Below the pieces are notes generated by a model. The model did no database searches, had not been told where the DNA came from, and saw only the letters and a list, made by a program, of their open reading frames with translations. A stretch of DNA of 64,000 bases from Raja brachyura (Eukaryota), in NCBI GenBank assembly GCA_963514005.1, contig OY740782.1, positions 150,784,001 to 150,848,000 on the forward strand. Reading direction: 5' to 3'. The position numbers were made by a program, and so were the translations under genes. Positions 23,301 through 34,539 of this stretch are shown in pieces; position 1 is the stretch's first letter, and each line of letters begins with the position of its first letter.

Positions 23301-24735
23301 AATGGAAATTGGTGAAATGATGTGCAATGTTGGAAACAACATTTTCTCTGCTATTTGAATTACAGAACAGGTATCCCACTAATCCGTGAACAGAGTGGGA
23401 ATTGAAATCAATGGTTCAAAGGAGGGTTTGACTGACGTTCACAATTACATTTGCATTTATTTATTTAAATTAAATTAATTTAATTAAAATTAAATAATTT
23501 AGGTAGGTTTCGCTTGGGCCATTGAGAGTGCCCATGGCTAAACTTTTGATTTGGAGGAAGAGGGAACAGTTTTTGTTTTATAAATGGTTCAGAGATTATC
23601 CGATAAAATCACAGAAAATGGAAGGATAAAGGGTTTTCCATGTCGGGCTCCCGAACATAATTTGGGAGAAGACAAAATAAACAATCACGAACTTCTTCAT
23701 GAAATTTGCCCTTAAATGTGTCCATCGAACGAAAACAACTAAGGCGGTGGATGGGATTGAAATGGTAGCTCTGTTATTTACCCACAAATAACACACTTAA
23801 AATGTCACTTTTTAAACTGTATTTTGTTGCCCCATCACTCACGAAAATATACCGATCATTTGTATGCCGACAGTAATTGCAAGTAAATTCTGAAAAGCAA
23901 ACCAGCTGACAAGAACATTACATTCATACCAGATTAAAAACATGTATGAGATTGCATTGGTAAGGATTACAAAGAACTCTCTCAATATAATATCTGAATT
24001 AATAAAGGTTATGTACCACAACTTCTGGAAACTAAATGTAACATTTAAATTGTAAGAATATGTTAATACTTCGTAATTAAATAAATTGGCACAGGTTTTA
24101 AATGTTTGTCTGTGTGCACCATTGCCTTAATGAATTCAATAATAATCAATTAAAATTAATGTTTATGCAATGACGCTCAGTTCAGTTTCCAGCATCTTTA
24201 AAACGAGTTTACGTTTACAATGTCATCGGCACTGAAGAACGAATGATTAACATTGTATCACTGTCCGATAGGAAACGAATAAAAAAGATACCAATTATAA
24301 ATTACAACCTGCAATCTATAAAAAATATCCGAGTTTGCTTCGTGACTTCAACAGGAAAGGGCATTAATTCATATAGAGGAAGTCTACTTCTAATGGTGAA
24401 AATGCACAATGTTGCTAAATCAATGTTTTAATTAAATAAATGCAAATGTAAATTTGAACGTCACTCAAACCCTCCTTTAAGCCATCGAGTTCAATTCTCA
24501 CTCTGTTCAAGGAATCATAGGATACCCTGTTTTATAATTAAAATTAAGATAGCGGAGTCAGGGGATATGGGGAGAAGGCAGGTACGGGCTACTGATTGGG
24601 GATGATCAGCCATGATCACATTGAATGTCGGTGCTGGCTCGAAGGGCCGAATGGCCTCCTCCTGCACCTATTGTCTATTATCTAAAATAGCAGAGAACAT
24701 TTTGTTTCCAACATTCCATTTCCCAATTTTTCATT
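23301..24735. promoter_or_regulatory. Inverted-repeat pair of about 170-bp modules, each with TGACGT and a perfect octamer; candidate IgH intronic enhancer
   Basis: Left arm 23301-23468 (TGACGT 23433-23438, ATTTGCAT 23449-23456) is the diverged reverse complement of 24430-24545 plus 24684-24735 (ATGCAAAT 24440-24447, ACGTCA 24458-24463). Confidence 0.6.
24546..24683 (+). mobile_element. Short CR1 3' end inserted in the right arm of the intronic inverted repeat
   Basis: GGGGATATGGGGAGAAGGCAGG...CCTATTGTCTATT; arm homology resumes on both sides. Confidence 0.85.
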
Positions 24736-25596
24736 ATTTTTTACCGCAACTATTCGCAAAACTGACATTTGTCATTAGCAATTTACTAAATAGAAGAACA
24801 TTTTGTGTTTAAATGACATTGGGAGCCAGAGACAAACACAAATTCAAATTCTCTTTCTAATAAATCCATGGATTAAAAGTTATTCCCAAACTACAGCTGT
24901 TCCGAAATCTCCCCATTTTACATAGATAACATTCCAATATAATGTGAATTTCCCTCAGTTCCTCCGTCACCCTAGTTCCTCTGTCCCCTAGTACACCCGG
25001 TACATTGCTATTGTATACATCGCGTTTCACGGACTTAGCTTTGCTGTATCATTGGTTCACATGGCCAACTCATTGTACTTCAATATAGATTAAAAAAAAG
25101 GTTGCAGTAACTCAGCGGGACAGGCAGAGTTACTCCAGCTTTTTGTGTCAATCGCCAGCATAAATCAGCATCCACAGTTCCTTCCTATTCATTCTACTTC
25201 AAGATATATAACTGCGCAATTAACCCTGACGCTGAGCCTTGCATTTCTGTGTTTTGCTTCAAGAACATTTGACTTCTTCCATGCAAGTTTTGTTAGCGAT
25301 TGGATTAAAGGTGGCAAGGTGATTCCACCAATTAATACATACACTTTAAAAACTTGAAAATGTTACACCCATGATTTATCCGTTTCTGTCGTTTGTTTCA
25401 TATGCGCCGATAAGAAATAAACTGAGACAAAGTACCTGCTGTTGATCAGAAAATACAGTTCGATGCATCACAGACCAAGGACCACAACAATCTCAAACAA
25501 TTAGAAAGCACAGTGAAAGCAAATTGATGCACATTTTCCCACCAATTTGGAACTAAACCGCATCCGTTTCATAGTCAAAGGATCGAACGTCATAGC

Positions 25597-26055
25597 ACAT
25601 AGAAACATAGAAAATAGGTGCAGGAGTAGGCCATTCGGCCCTTCGAGCCTGCACCGCCGTTCAATATGATCATGGCTGATCATCCAACTCAGTATCCCGT
25701 ATCTGCCTTCTCTCCATACCCCCTGATCCCTTTAGCCACAAGGTCCACATCTAACTCCCTGTTAAATATAGCCAATGAACTGGCCTCAACTACCTTCTGT
25801 GGCAGAGAATTCCACAGATTCACCACTCTCTGTATGAAAAATGATTTTCTCATTTCGGTCCTAAAAGATTTTCCCCTTATCCTTAAACTGTGACCCCTTG
25901 TTCTGGACTTCCCCAACATCGGGAACAATCTTCCTGCATCTAGCCTGTCCAACCCCTTAAGAATTTTGTAAGTTTCTATAAGACCCCCCTCAATCTTCTA
26001 AATTCCAGCGAGTACAAGCCGAGTCTATCCAGTCTTTCTTCATATGCCATCCCAG
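25597..26055 (-). mobile_element. CR1 3' end in the JH-CH1 intron
   Basis: ORF 25689-25952 and tail. Confidence 0.88.
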
Positions 26056-26245
26056 GTCATAAGGCAAGTTTAAATCGGGAATCTCACTGGAGCGGAATCA
26101 CATAACATTCTAAATTACAACATCGATCCAACATTGCAATGAATGGGTAATTAATGTAGCAGAACAATTTAATACAATTATTGGAAATAGCGAGTAAAAT
26201 TACAACTGGATACATCTAGATACTGAATAGGATGAAGTTTCTTAC

Positions 26246-26293
26246 CGCTGGTTACCGTCACCATGGTGCCTCCTCCCCAGTTCTCAAGTCCGT
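26246..26293 (-). CDS. IGHJ: JH segment (GLENWGGGTMVTVTS, phase-1 end)
   Basis: WGxG motif, TMVTVT, donor GTAAG at 26245-26241, upstream 23-RSS. Confidence 0.95.
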
Positions 26294-26332
26294 CACGGTG
26301 TTACATTCTATGGGTCTCTTCACACAATAACA
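26294..26332 (+). other. 23-RSS of JH: CACGGTG - 23 nt - ACAATAACA
   Basis: Heptamer 26294-26300, spacer 26301-26323, nonamer 26324-26332. Confidence 0.9.
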
Positions 26333-26660
26333 TGATCTGCACCAGGCAGGCAAAAAAGAACAAAAATCCTGTAAATTATTCGTATTTCACATCTAAGGCG
26401 AATGCCTTATTGCTCTTTGAAAACAATGAATGCGTTAAAAAAATCATTTCCAACAATAATCAGGTAACACGGCGCCGTGTATTAAACAGGGCAGTGAAAT
26501 GTGATAAGAATCATCTACATATAAAATATAAATTACCTCAAGTTACCTATACAATAAAATGTGCGAAAATATTCCTGTACATGTTTATGGTCCTGTTGTA
26601 TGAAATATTGAATTGAAAATATCATATACTGGCCCAGATCACAGTATTATGGGTTGTGGA

Positions 26661-26728
26661 TGTTTTTGTATTGGTAGGAACCGCTGTGCCATCCAGTATA
26701 CACAGTGAAACATGTCATGTCAAATACT
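26661..26728 (-). other. DH segment TATACTGGATGG (26689-26700) flanked by two 12-RSSs (D2 type)
   Basis: 5' RSS: AGTATTTGA - 12 nt - CACTGTG (26728-26701). 3' RSS: CACAGCG - 12 nt - ACAAAAACA (26688-26661). Confidence 0.92.
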
Positions 26729-26972
26729 TCGCTCTTCAAGAACTGATGCATGTACTGCTCACAGAGGATATGTCCCCAGGGTACTCTTGGCTGTCACGTA
26801 TAAAGCTAAACGGTGTTCTTCTAAAGCTCATATAAAATAACGTGAATTGGTCGGAAGATAGTTGGACATTTCCCAAAACAATCCATGTAACTTTGCTTTT
26901 GAATTTGAATTTGCTTCACTCGGCCTCTCCTACGGTGCTTGTGGGTTCGAACAGGAGAAAACTAGGTGTGGG

Positions 26973-27010
26973 GGTTTTTGTATGGGGAAGTCGCTGTATG
27001 CAGCACCGTG
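26973..27010 (-). other. RSS 3' of V(D1): CACGGTG - 22 nt - ACAAAAACC (23-class)
   Basis: Heptamer 27004-27010, spacer 26982-27003, perfect nonamer 26973-26981. Confidence 0.93.
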
Positions 27011-27318
27011 ACCCACTCTCGCACAGTAATAGACAGCGGTGTCTTCGATCCTCAGGTTCCTGGCGATCACGGTGAACATGTTGTTCGAATTGTCTTTGGA
27101 CGGAGTAAATCGGCTCTTTATCCCCGGAGCGTAGTACTCGCTACCAGAACTGTAGTATTCAAGCAGCCACTCCAGCCCCTGCCCGGGGACCTGACGGACC
27201 AAATGCATATAGGCGCTGCTAAGAGTGAACCCGCTGGTTTTACAGGTCAGTGTGATGGAGCCTCCAGGAACGGCGGTCCCCGTCTTGGGCTGAGTTAGAA
27301 CGACATCGGAATGGACAC
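27011..27318 (-). CDS. IGHV: VH exon (last about 6 nt probably fused D1): [103 protein letters not shown]
   Basis: Acceptor TTGCAG at 27319-27324, open frame, both V-domain Cys, GLEW and [10 protein letters not shown] motifs, followed directly by an RSS. Confidence 0.96.
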
Positions 27319-27493
27319 CTGCAAGTTAAAAATGGCATGAATGGTGAGAATAGATTATTGACCATGAATCCCCCGACTCTAATTATCAATAGGAAATAAA
27401 TTGGGAGGGTTCTAGAGTGGGTAGAAGGGGAACGGTGTAGTGGATATACCACTGAGAAACTTGCGTGAGGAATTTGTCCAACTCATTACTCAC

Positions 27494-27539
27494 GGACTAT
27501 TAGCGCCAGGAACAGACTCAGTGAAACCGCCGACCTCAT
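27494..27539 (-). CDS. IGHV: IgH leader exon (MRSAVSLSLFLALIV, phase 1)
   Basis: ATG at 27539, hydrophobic signal peptide, 46 nt, donor GTGAGT at 27493-27488. Confidence 0.93.
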
Positions 27540-27700
27540 CCCGCTGGGAAGTGTGACCCGGTTTGTTTCTGTACAGAACCTCGCAACAAACCAACTGCAA
27601 GGAAGTTGGACTTCGGACCATCTTAGAGAGGATTAAATACCCGGCAAAAGAGGGTGCGGCTTTGGGCGGGACTTGTAAACCGAGAGGTGCAGCAGGCGGA
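27540..27700 (-). promoter_or_regulatory. Putative VH promoter without an octamer
   Basis: TATTTAA at 27639-27633, GC box at 27664-27670, GGAAGT Ets cores at about 27547 and 27601; no ATGCAAAT seen nearby. Confidence 0.45.
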
Positions 27701-28024
27701 GCTGAGACACGGCTCCCAACTCAACAGCAAGATGGACTCACGCTTTCACATCTATTCACTGATACAGATGCACAAGAGGTTAATAAAACAGCGTGCTTTT
27801 CCGCCCCTTACACAATATAAACTCATGGTATAGTTGTAAATAAGATGGTGGAAAGATAGTGCAGGTTTTTCTTAAAATATGTTCGGAATTCCTCAAATTT
27901 ATATTAAAATGCGTCTGGGTGTGCATGTGCTTGCGTGTGTGAGAGAGAGAGAGAGGAGAGGTGAGAAAAAATATTTGAACAAGAAAGACAGACAGTCAGA
28001 CAGACAGACCTGCCTTCATTGTTA

Positions 28025-28210
28025 GGTAGACACAAAATCCTGGAGTAACTCAGCGGGACAGGCAGCATCTCTGGAGAGAAGGAATGTGTGACGTTTTGGG
28101 TCGAGACTCTTCTTCAGACCTCCAGAGATGCTGCCTGTCCCGCTGAGTTACTCCAGGATTTTGTGTCTAGCTTCGATTTAAAGCAGCATCTGCAGTTCTT
28201 TCCTACACAT
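28025..28210. mobile_element. Penelope-like inverted pLTR fragment (perfect 50-bp inverted repeat)
   Basis: 28027-28076 is the exact reverse complement of 28120-28169. Confidence 0.75.
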
Positions 28211-28244
28211 TCCAATATCAAGATACATTTATTTGTCACATGTC

Positions 28245-30190
28245 CCCCGTTTCCCAATGTTCAATAGATTCAGGGGGAGTTCCTGTGGATTGGAGGATAG
28301 CTAATGTTATCCCACTTTTCAAGAAAGGAGCGAGAGAGAAAACGGGCAATTCGGGCTGAAAAGATAAGTACGAGGGGAAGCTGGCCAGGAATATAAAGAA
28401 GGACTGTAAAAGCTTCTTTAGATATGTTAAGGGAAAAAGATTAGTAAAGTCAAATGTGGGTCCCTTGAACGTAGACACGGGTGAAATAATTATGGGCAAC
28501 AAGGAAATGGCAGAAGAGTTGAATAGGTACTTCGGATCCGTCTTCACTAAGGAGAACACAAACAATCTCCCAGATGTACTGGAGGATAGAGGATCTAAGG
28601 GGGTAGAGGAACTGAAAGAAATTTTCATTAGGCGAGAAATAGTATTGGGTTGGCTAATGGGACCGAAAGATGATAAATCCCCTGGGCCTGATGGTCTGCA
28701 TCCCAGGGTCCTCAGGGAGGTGGCTGATTGGAGGATAGCTAATGTTATCCCACTTTTCAAGAAAGGAGCGAGAGAGAAAACGGGGAATTACAGACCAGTT
28801 AGTCTGACCGGTGGTGGGAAAGATGCTAGAGTCAATTATTTAAGAGGTAATAATGGGGCATTTGGATAACAATAAAAGGATTAGTCCAAGTCAACATGGA
28901 TTTATGAAAGGGAAATCATGCTTGACTAATCTTCTGGAATTTTTTGAGGATGTGACAAGTAAAATGGATGAAGGGGTGCCAGTGGATGTAGTGTATCTAG
29001 GTTTTCAGAAAGCCTTTGATAAGGTCCTCCACGGGAGACTGGTGACTAAAATTAGAGCACATGGTATTGGGGGTAGGGTGTTGACAGGGACTGAAAATTG
29101 GTTGGCAGACCGGAAGCAAAGAGTAGGAGCGAACGGGTCCCTTGCAGAATGGCAGGCAGTGGCGAGTGGAGTGCCACAAGGCTCGGTGTTGGGGCCGCAA
29201 CTGTTTACCATATGTAGTAATGATTTGGAAGAGGGAATTAGGAGCAACACTAGCAAGTTTGTGGATGACACAAAGCTGGGTGCAAGTGTGAACTGTGAAT
29301 AGAATGTTCGGAGGTTACAGGGTGACGTGGACAGGTTGAGTGAGTGGGCAGATGCGTGGCAGATGCAGTACAATATAGATAAATGTTAGGTTATCCACTT
29401 TGGCGGCAAAAACAAGGGGGCAGTTTATTATCTCAATGGGGTTAGGTTAGGTAAGGGGGAGGTGCAGCGAGACCTGGGTGTCCTTGTACACCAGTCACTG
29501 AAAGTTGGCATGCAGGTACAGCAGGCAGTGAAGAAAGCTAATGGAATGTTGGCCTTCATAACAAGAGGATTTCAGTATAGGTTCTTCTGCAGTTGTATAG
29601 GGCTCTGGTGAGACCACATCTGGAGTATTGTGTACAGTTTTGGTCTCATAATTTGAGGAGGGACATCCTTGTGATTGAGGCAGTGCTGTGTAGGTTCACG
29701 AGATTGATCCCTGGGATGGTGGGACTGTCATATGAGGAAAGATTGAAAAGACTAGGCTTGTATTCACTGGAGTTTAGAAGGATGAGTGGAGATCTTAAAG
29801 AAACATATAAAATTATAAAAGGACTGAACAAGGTAGATGCAGGAAAAATGTTCCCAATGTTGGGCGCATCCAGAACCAGGGGCCGCAGTCTTAGAATAAA
29901 GGGGAGGTTATTTAAGACTGAGGTGAGAAAAAACCTTTTCACCCAGAGAGTTATGAATTTATGGAATTCCCTGCCACAGAGGGCAGTTGAGCCAAAGTCA
30001 CTGGATGGATTTAAGAGATAGTTAGATAGAGCTCGAGGGGCTAGTGGAATCAAGGAATATGGGGAGAAGGCAGGCACGGGTTATTGATAGGGGACGATTA
30101 GCCAAGATCACAGTGAATGGCCGTGCTGGCTAGAAGGGCCAAATGGCGTCGTCCTGCACCTATTTTCTATGTTTATATGTTTCTATGTCC
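28245..30190 (+). mobile_element. CR1 LINE, decayed ORF2 with internal rearrangement
   Basis: RT motifs; about 28288-28346 duplicates about 28726-28784; 3' tail present. Confidence 0.9.
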
Positions 30191-30844
30191 CAGTTGGTAC
30201 AGTGAAATGTGTGGTCACCATACAGCCCTACAGATAAAATGTCAATACTGAGATTTGTTACATAAAAGGCAGTAGAGGAACTAGATACAAAGCAAACACA
30301 AAATTCTATTAAAATGTCATTAAGAGATCGGAAGGAAATTAATGGATGGCATAGTGCAGGAGGGGAATTGTAGATCGGTGCAGTGATTGGAGAAATTATC
30401 GGCATTAGTGATGATTCATGCGGTGTTGATTTTCAGATGCTGCTTCCAAAAAGCAAAGTTGAATGAAGGCACATTCTAACCAATTAATCAATGAGCATAT
30501 TTGTTGGATAGTGTTTCAATGATTCAGACTGCACTGGTTGGGCAGGTGGTGTTGAAAAATCTAATAGAGATATCTGAAGAAGAATCCACTAGAGTTATCT
30601 GAGGAGATAGATAAAAACAGTAGTTAACTGATTTGTGAGGAAAACACGAGGAGTGTCGAACATTTAAGGTGCATGCGGGCAATTAAAGTTTCCCGCGTTC
30701 CAACATAGTATTCTTCTGTGACTTGAATTTTAATTCATCATTGTATTTTCTATGCATCTGTGAATTTGTCACATGTGGCATTCATATGTATGCAGAGAAT
30801 GTTATTTATCCCAGCCATTGTTGGTAAATACAGGGATATGCTCT

Positions 30845-31765
30845 ATACTCTATACTCTTGACTGTGTAGCCGGTCATAGCGCGAACTCCATCATCAAGTT
30901 CGCTGACAACACCACTGTTGTGGGACGTATCACTGATGGGGATGAGTCCGAGTATAGAAGAGAGATCGAGCAACTGTCCATATGGTGCCAGCACAACAAC
31001 CTGGCCCTCAACACCAGCAAAACCAAGGAACTGATTGTGGACTTTGGAAGGAGTAGGATGGGGACCCACAGTCCTGTTTATATCAACGGGTCGATGGTTG
31101 AAAGGGTCAAGAGCTTCAAATTCTTGGGCGTGCACATCTGTGAAGATCTTTCCTAGTCCGAGAACACAGATGAAATTATTAAGAAAGCTCATCAGCGCCT
31201 CCACTTCCTGAGAAGATTACGGAGAGTCGGTTTGTCAAGGAGGACTCTCTCTAACTTCTACAGGTGCACAGTAGAGAGCTTGCTGACTGGTTGCATCATG
31301 GCTTGGTTCGGCAACTTGAGCGCCCTGGAGAGGAAAAGACTACAAAAAATAGTAAACACTGCCCAGTCCATCATCGGCTCTGACCTTCCTTCCATCGAGG
31401 GGATTTATCACAGTCGCTGCCTCAAAAAGGCTGGCTGGCAGCATCATCAAGGACCCACACCACCCTGGCCACACACTCATCTCCCTGCTACCTTCGGGTA
31501 GAAGGTACAGGAGCCTGAAGACTGCAACAACCCATTTAGGAATAGCTAATTCCCCACAGCCAACAGGCTATTAAACCAGGCTCGGAACTCTGAACATTAA
31601 TATACCTCCATCTGTTATTTGCACTTTATTAATTTATTAATTCATGGGTGTATTTATGTATAGAATTGTAGTCAATGCCTTCTATGTTCTGTTGTGCTAT
31701 GCAAAGAAAGATTTTCATTGTCCTGTCAGGGACACATGACAATAAACTCTTTTGACTTGACTTTG
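30845..31765 (+). mobile_element. Rex1/Babar LINE 3' part
   Basis: Highly similar to 2650-3613. Confidence 0.9.
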
Positions 31766-32374
31766 AAAATGTATCATATTAAAAGTCAAAAGTCTTTTGA
31801 CTTTTGGCTTTTGATATGATACATGTTCTCAGTTAACCTAGCTTTGTAGAAAATATTATTGACTAACATCATCTATATGCACTTCAACCTTATTTTTACA
31901 GGAGAGAACGTTGACAATTTAAAATAAATGTATCTGATGTAATCTGTTCGGAGATTTGCATTTCTTTCTCACTTTATCTGTTTTCCGCCTCTGGGGAAAC
32001 ATTGATTCTGTTTCTGTCCTTCAGTGAACGAACCTGGGTCTGGGGCTGTTGAAATCAGCCTTTACTTAAATCAGCTCATCTCTGCTTCCAGCCATTTTTA
32101 GAGCAACACAAACAAGTCAATGAAGATATAATTATCAACAGCGATTATATGTTTTAACGATATTGGCAGTTGGCGCGAATCAACGGAATTCTCCGAGGGA
32201 GTCTATTTTATCATATCTTGTTCAAATAAAATGATGTGGTTTTCTATTACGGATTCACTTTGAATATTATTTTGTTGTCCACTTGAATCTCCACTTGAAG
32301 AAATGTCTAAGCACGTGAGGTCAATGGAGGAATCGAGTTCTTTCCACACCTCCACTGTAGGCTTTTCATTATTA

Positions 32375-32665
32375 ACACACATACTTACGCACACACACAA
32401 AATTACACATACACACACTCACAAACGCACACACACACTCACACACACGCACGCACGCATACACACATAGCAGCACACACACTCGCATTCACACTCACAC
32501 ACGCACGCATACACACATAGCAGCACACACACTCGCATTCACAAACACACACACACTCGCACACGCATACTCAGACACACACACTCAGACACACACACGT
32601 ACGCACGCATAAATACACACTCACACACGAACACACACACACTCACACACATAGCAGCACACATT
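32375..32665. repeat. Compound (CA)n microsatellite
   Basis: CA/CG-rich simple repeat. Confidence 0.9.
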
Positions 32666-33599
32666 CAGGCCTGTACGAAGCTTTTCAAAAAGGGGGGTGG
32701 CATGACAGGGTTACAAAAAATGTATGTGAAGTAATGTGCACACAGCGCACATCACAAGCGTGAAGGCCCTCGCGGCTGGGGTTTTAGATGATATCTGTTG
32801 CACTCTGAGCCTTATTTTGGAGTATTTTTGCACCAAATTTATGACCAATATTTCAGAAATAATTTTGGTGGAGTCAAGATTAATAATTGCAGAGCTGCTA
32901 AGTTTCACCGAGAAATTCCATATTTTGATGGCTGAAAATCAGTATTTTGTTGGGGAAATCGGTATTTCTCACTTAAATGCAATGGAACGTACTACATAGA
33001 AACTAGATTTTTGAAAATTAGTGGTTTGCATGCAACCTCATGTATTCTCAAATATCATTATGGAATACTGAAAATCAGTACCACTGAATTGTGAAACCAT
33101 TTTTGAAATGTGAATTTATAATTCTTGATTTTGATTCCATAACATAAAAATATATAATAATATACATATTTGACCCCCATGTCGCCCCTGGATTTTGGAA
33201 TATTCAATTGAAATATCTCCTGACCAAATTCATGATGTATATGACCAACTGTAGAAGTTAAACCTGGATAAATCCAACGTATAGTTGTGAATGTTGCTCA
33301 ATAAATAACTACAGCACTGATACTCCATGTTAAGAGCACTGATTTGCTGTTACAATGAATTCTGTAATAACGTGTCAACGGTAGCTGTGACAATCGAACA
33401 CGGCGGTTTTAATGTTTCACGTGTTCACAATTTAATAATCCATCTTAATAGATTAAATCAAATAATAACATTGGGAATTAAAACACACTTGATTGTATTC
33501 CGCTATCAAACATAGTCAATGTTCGCTCTGAAGTGATTTCCAGCGCAGTAGGGTCGGTGGGTGGGCGAATCAGAGCAGGATGAATAGGGGATTGAGAGG

Positions 33600-33820
33600 G
33601 CAATCAATAGACAATAGGTGCAGGAGTAAGCCATTAGGCCCTTTGAGCCAGCACCGCCATTCACTGTGATCACGGCTGATCATTCCCAATCAGTATCCCG
33701 TCCCTGCCTTCTCCCACTATCCCCTGACTCGCTATTTTTAAGAACCCTATCTAGCTCTCTCTTGAAAGCATTCAGAGAACCTGCCTCCACCGCCCTCTGA
33801 GGCAGATAATTCCACAGACG
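33600..33820 (-). mobile_element. CR1 3' end
   Basis: CAATAGA-type tail and 3' UTR. Confidence 0.8.
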
Positions 33821-34380
33821 GTGCGGAATGGATGGATTGAGGCAGGGGAATTAGTGCGTGTCGGTTGGATTAGGTAAAATTGTGAGGGGGGGGGTGCGGG
33901 GGATTTCAGTGGCGATCAGTACGGGATGGATTGGGGGGGAAGAATCAGTACAGGATGGATTGGGGGGGGGATCAGTGCAGGATGAATGGGGGTCAGTACA
34001 GGATGAATGGAGGGGGATCAGTGCAGGATGGATGGGGGCACAGTACATGATTAATGGGGAGATCAGTGCAGGATGAATGGGTAATTACAAGATGGATGGG
34101 GTGATCAGTGCAGGATGAATGGAGGGGGAACAGTACAGGATGGATTGGGAGATCAGTGCAGGATAAATGGAGGGGGGGGGTCAGTACAGGACGAATGGGG
34201 AAGCAGTGCAGGATGGATGGGAAAGGGGGTCAGTGCAGGATGAATTGGGGGTCCATTGTAGGATGGATGGGGGATGGCAGGAGAATCAATGTGAGGTGGA
34301 TAGGGAGATCAGTGCAGGATGTATAGATGGGGGGGGGCACAGGGGATGTCAGTGAGGACTGAATAGAGGCGGGAATTGGG
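33820..34380. repeat. Degenerate G-rich minisatellite (about 20-bp unit GGGATCAGTGCAGGATGGATG)
   Basis: Recurring CAGTGCAGGATG(G/A)AT core. Confidence 0.8.
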
Positions 34381-34467
34381 ATCAGCGGGTCAGGCAGCAT
34401 CTCGGGAGCAAAGGAATAAGTGACGTGAGAGTCGGGGTCCCAGGATAACGGGGGTGGAGGGCGCACA

Positions 34468-34501
<34 letters not shown>

Positions 34502-34539
34502 AAGGGGCAGAGGAGGTGGGGAGGAAGGAAGGTCAGCGC

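Larger units (their letters stand above)
15186..27539 (-). other. IGHM: Cluster-type (elasmobranch) IgM heavy-chain minilocus L-V(D1)-D2-J-CH1-CH2-CH3-CH4/sec-TM1-TM2; possibly a pseudogene because of a CH2 frameshift
   Basis: All segments are found in order on the minus strand with splice sites and RSSs. Secretory tail [20 protein letters not shown] and TM/cytoplasmic end ...TLVKVK are IgM-type. V, D and J lie within about 1.1 kb, as in shark/skate clusters. Confidence 0.96.

Noticed and set aside
26760-26790. CACAGAG heptamer-like site as a missing D1 RSS
   Set aside because: No nonamer at 12 or 23 spacing and no partner heptamer
15186-27539. IgW or IgNAR identity
   Set aside because: Four C exons including CH1, an IgM-type tailpiece and a conventional VH with GLEW indicate IgM
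31954-31961. Isolated perfect octamer 4.4 kb upstream of VH
   Set aside because: A few octamers are expected by chance in 64 kb of AT-rich DNA, and there is no independent support
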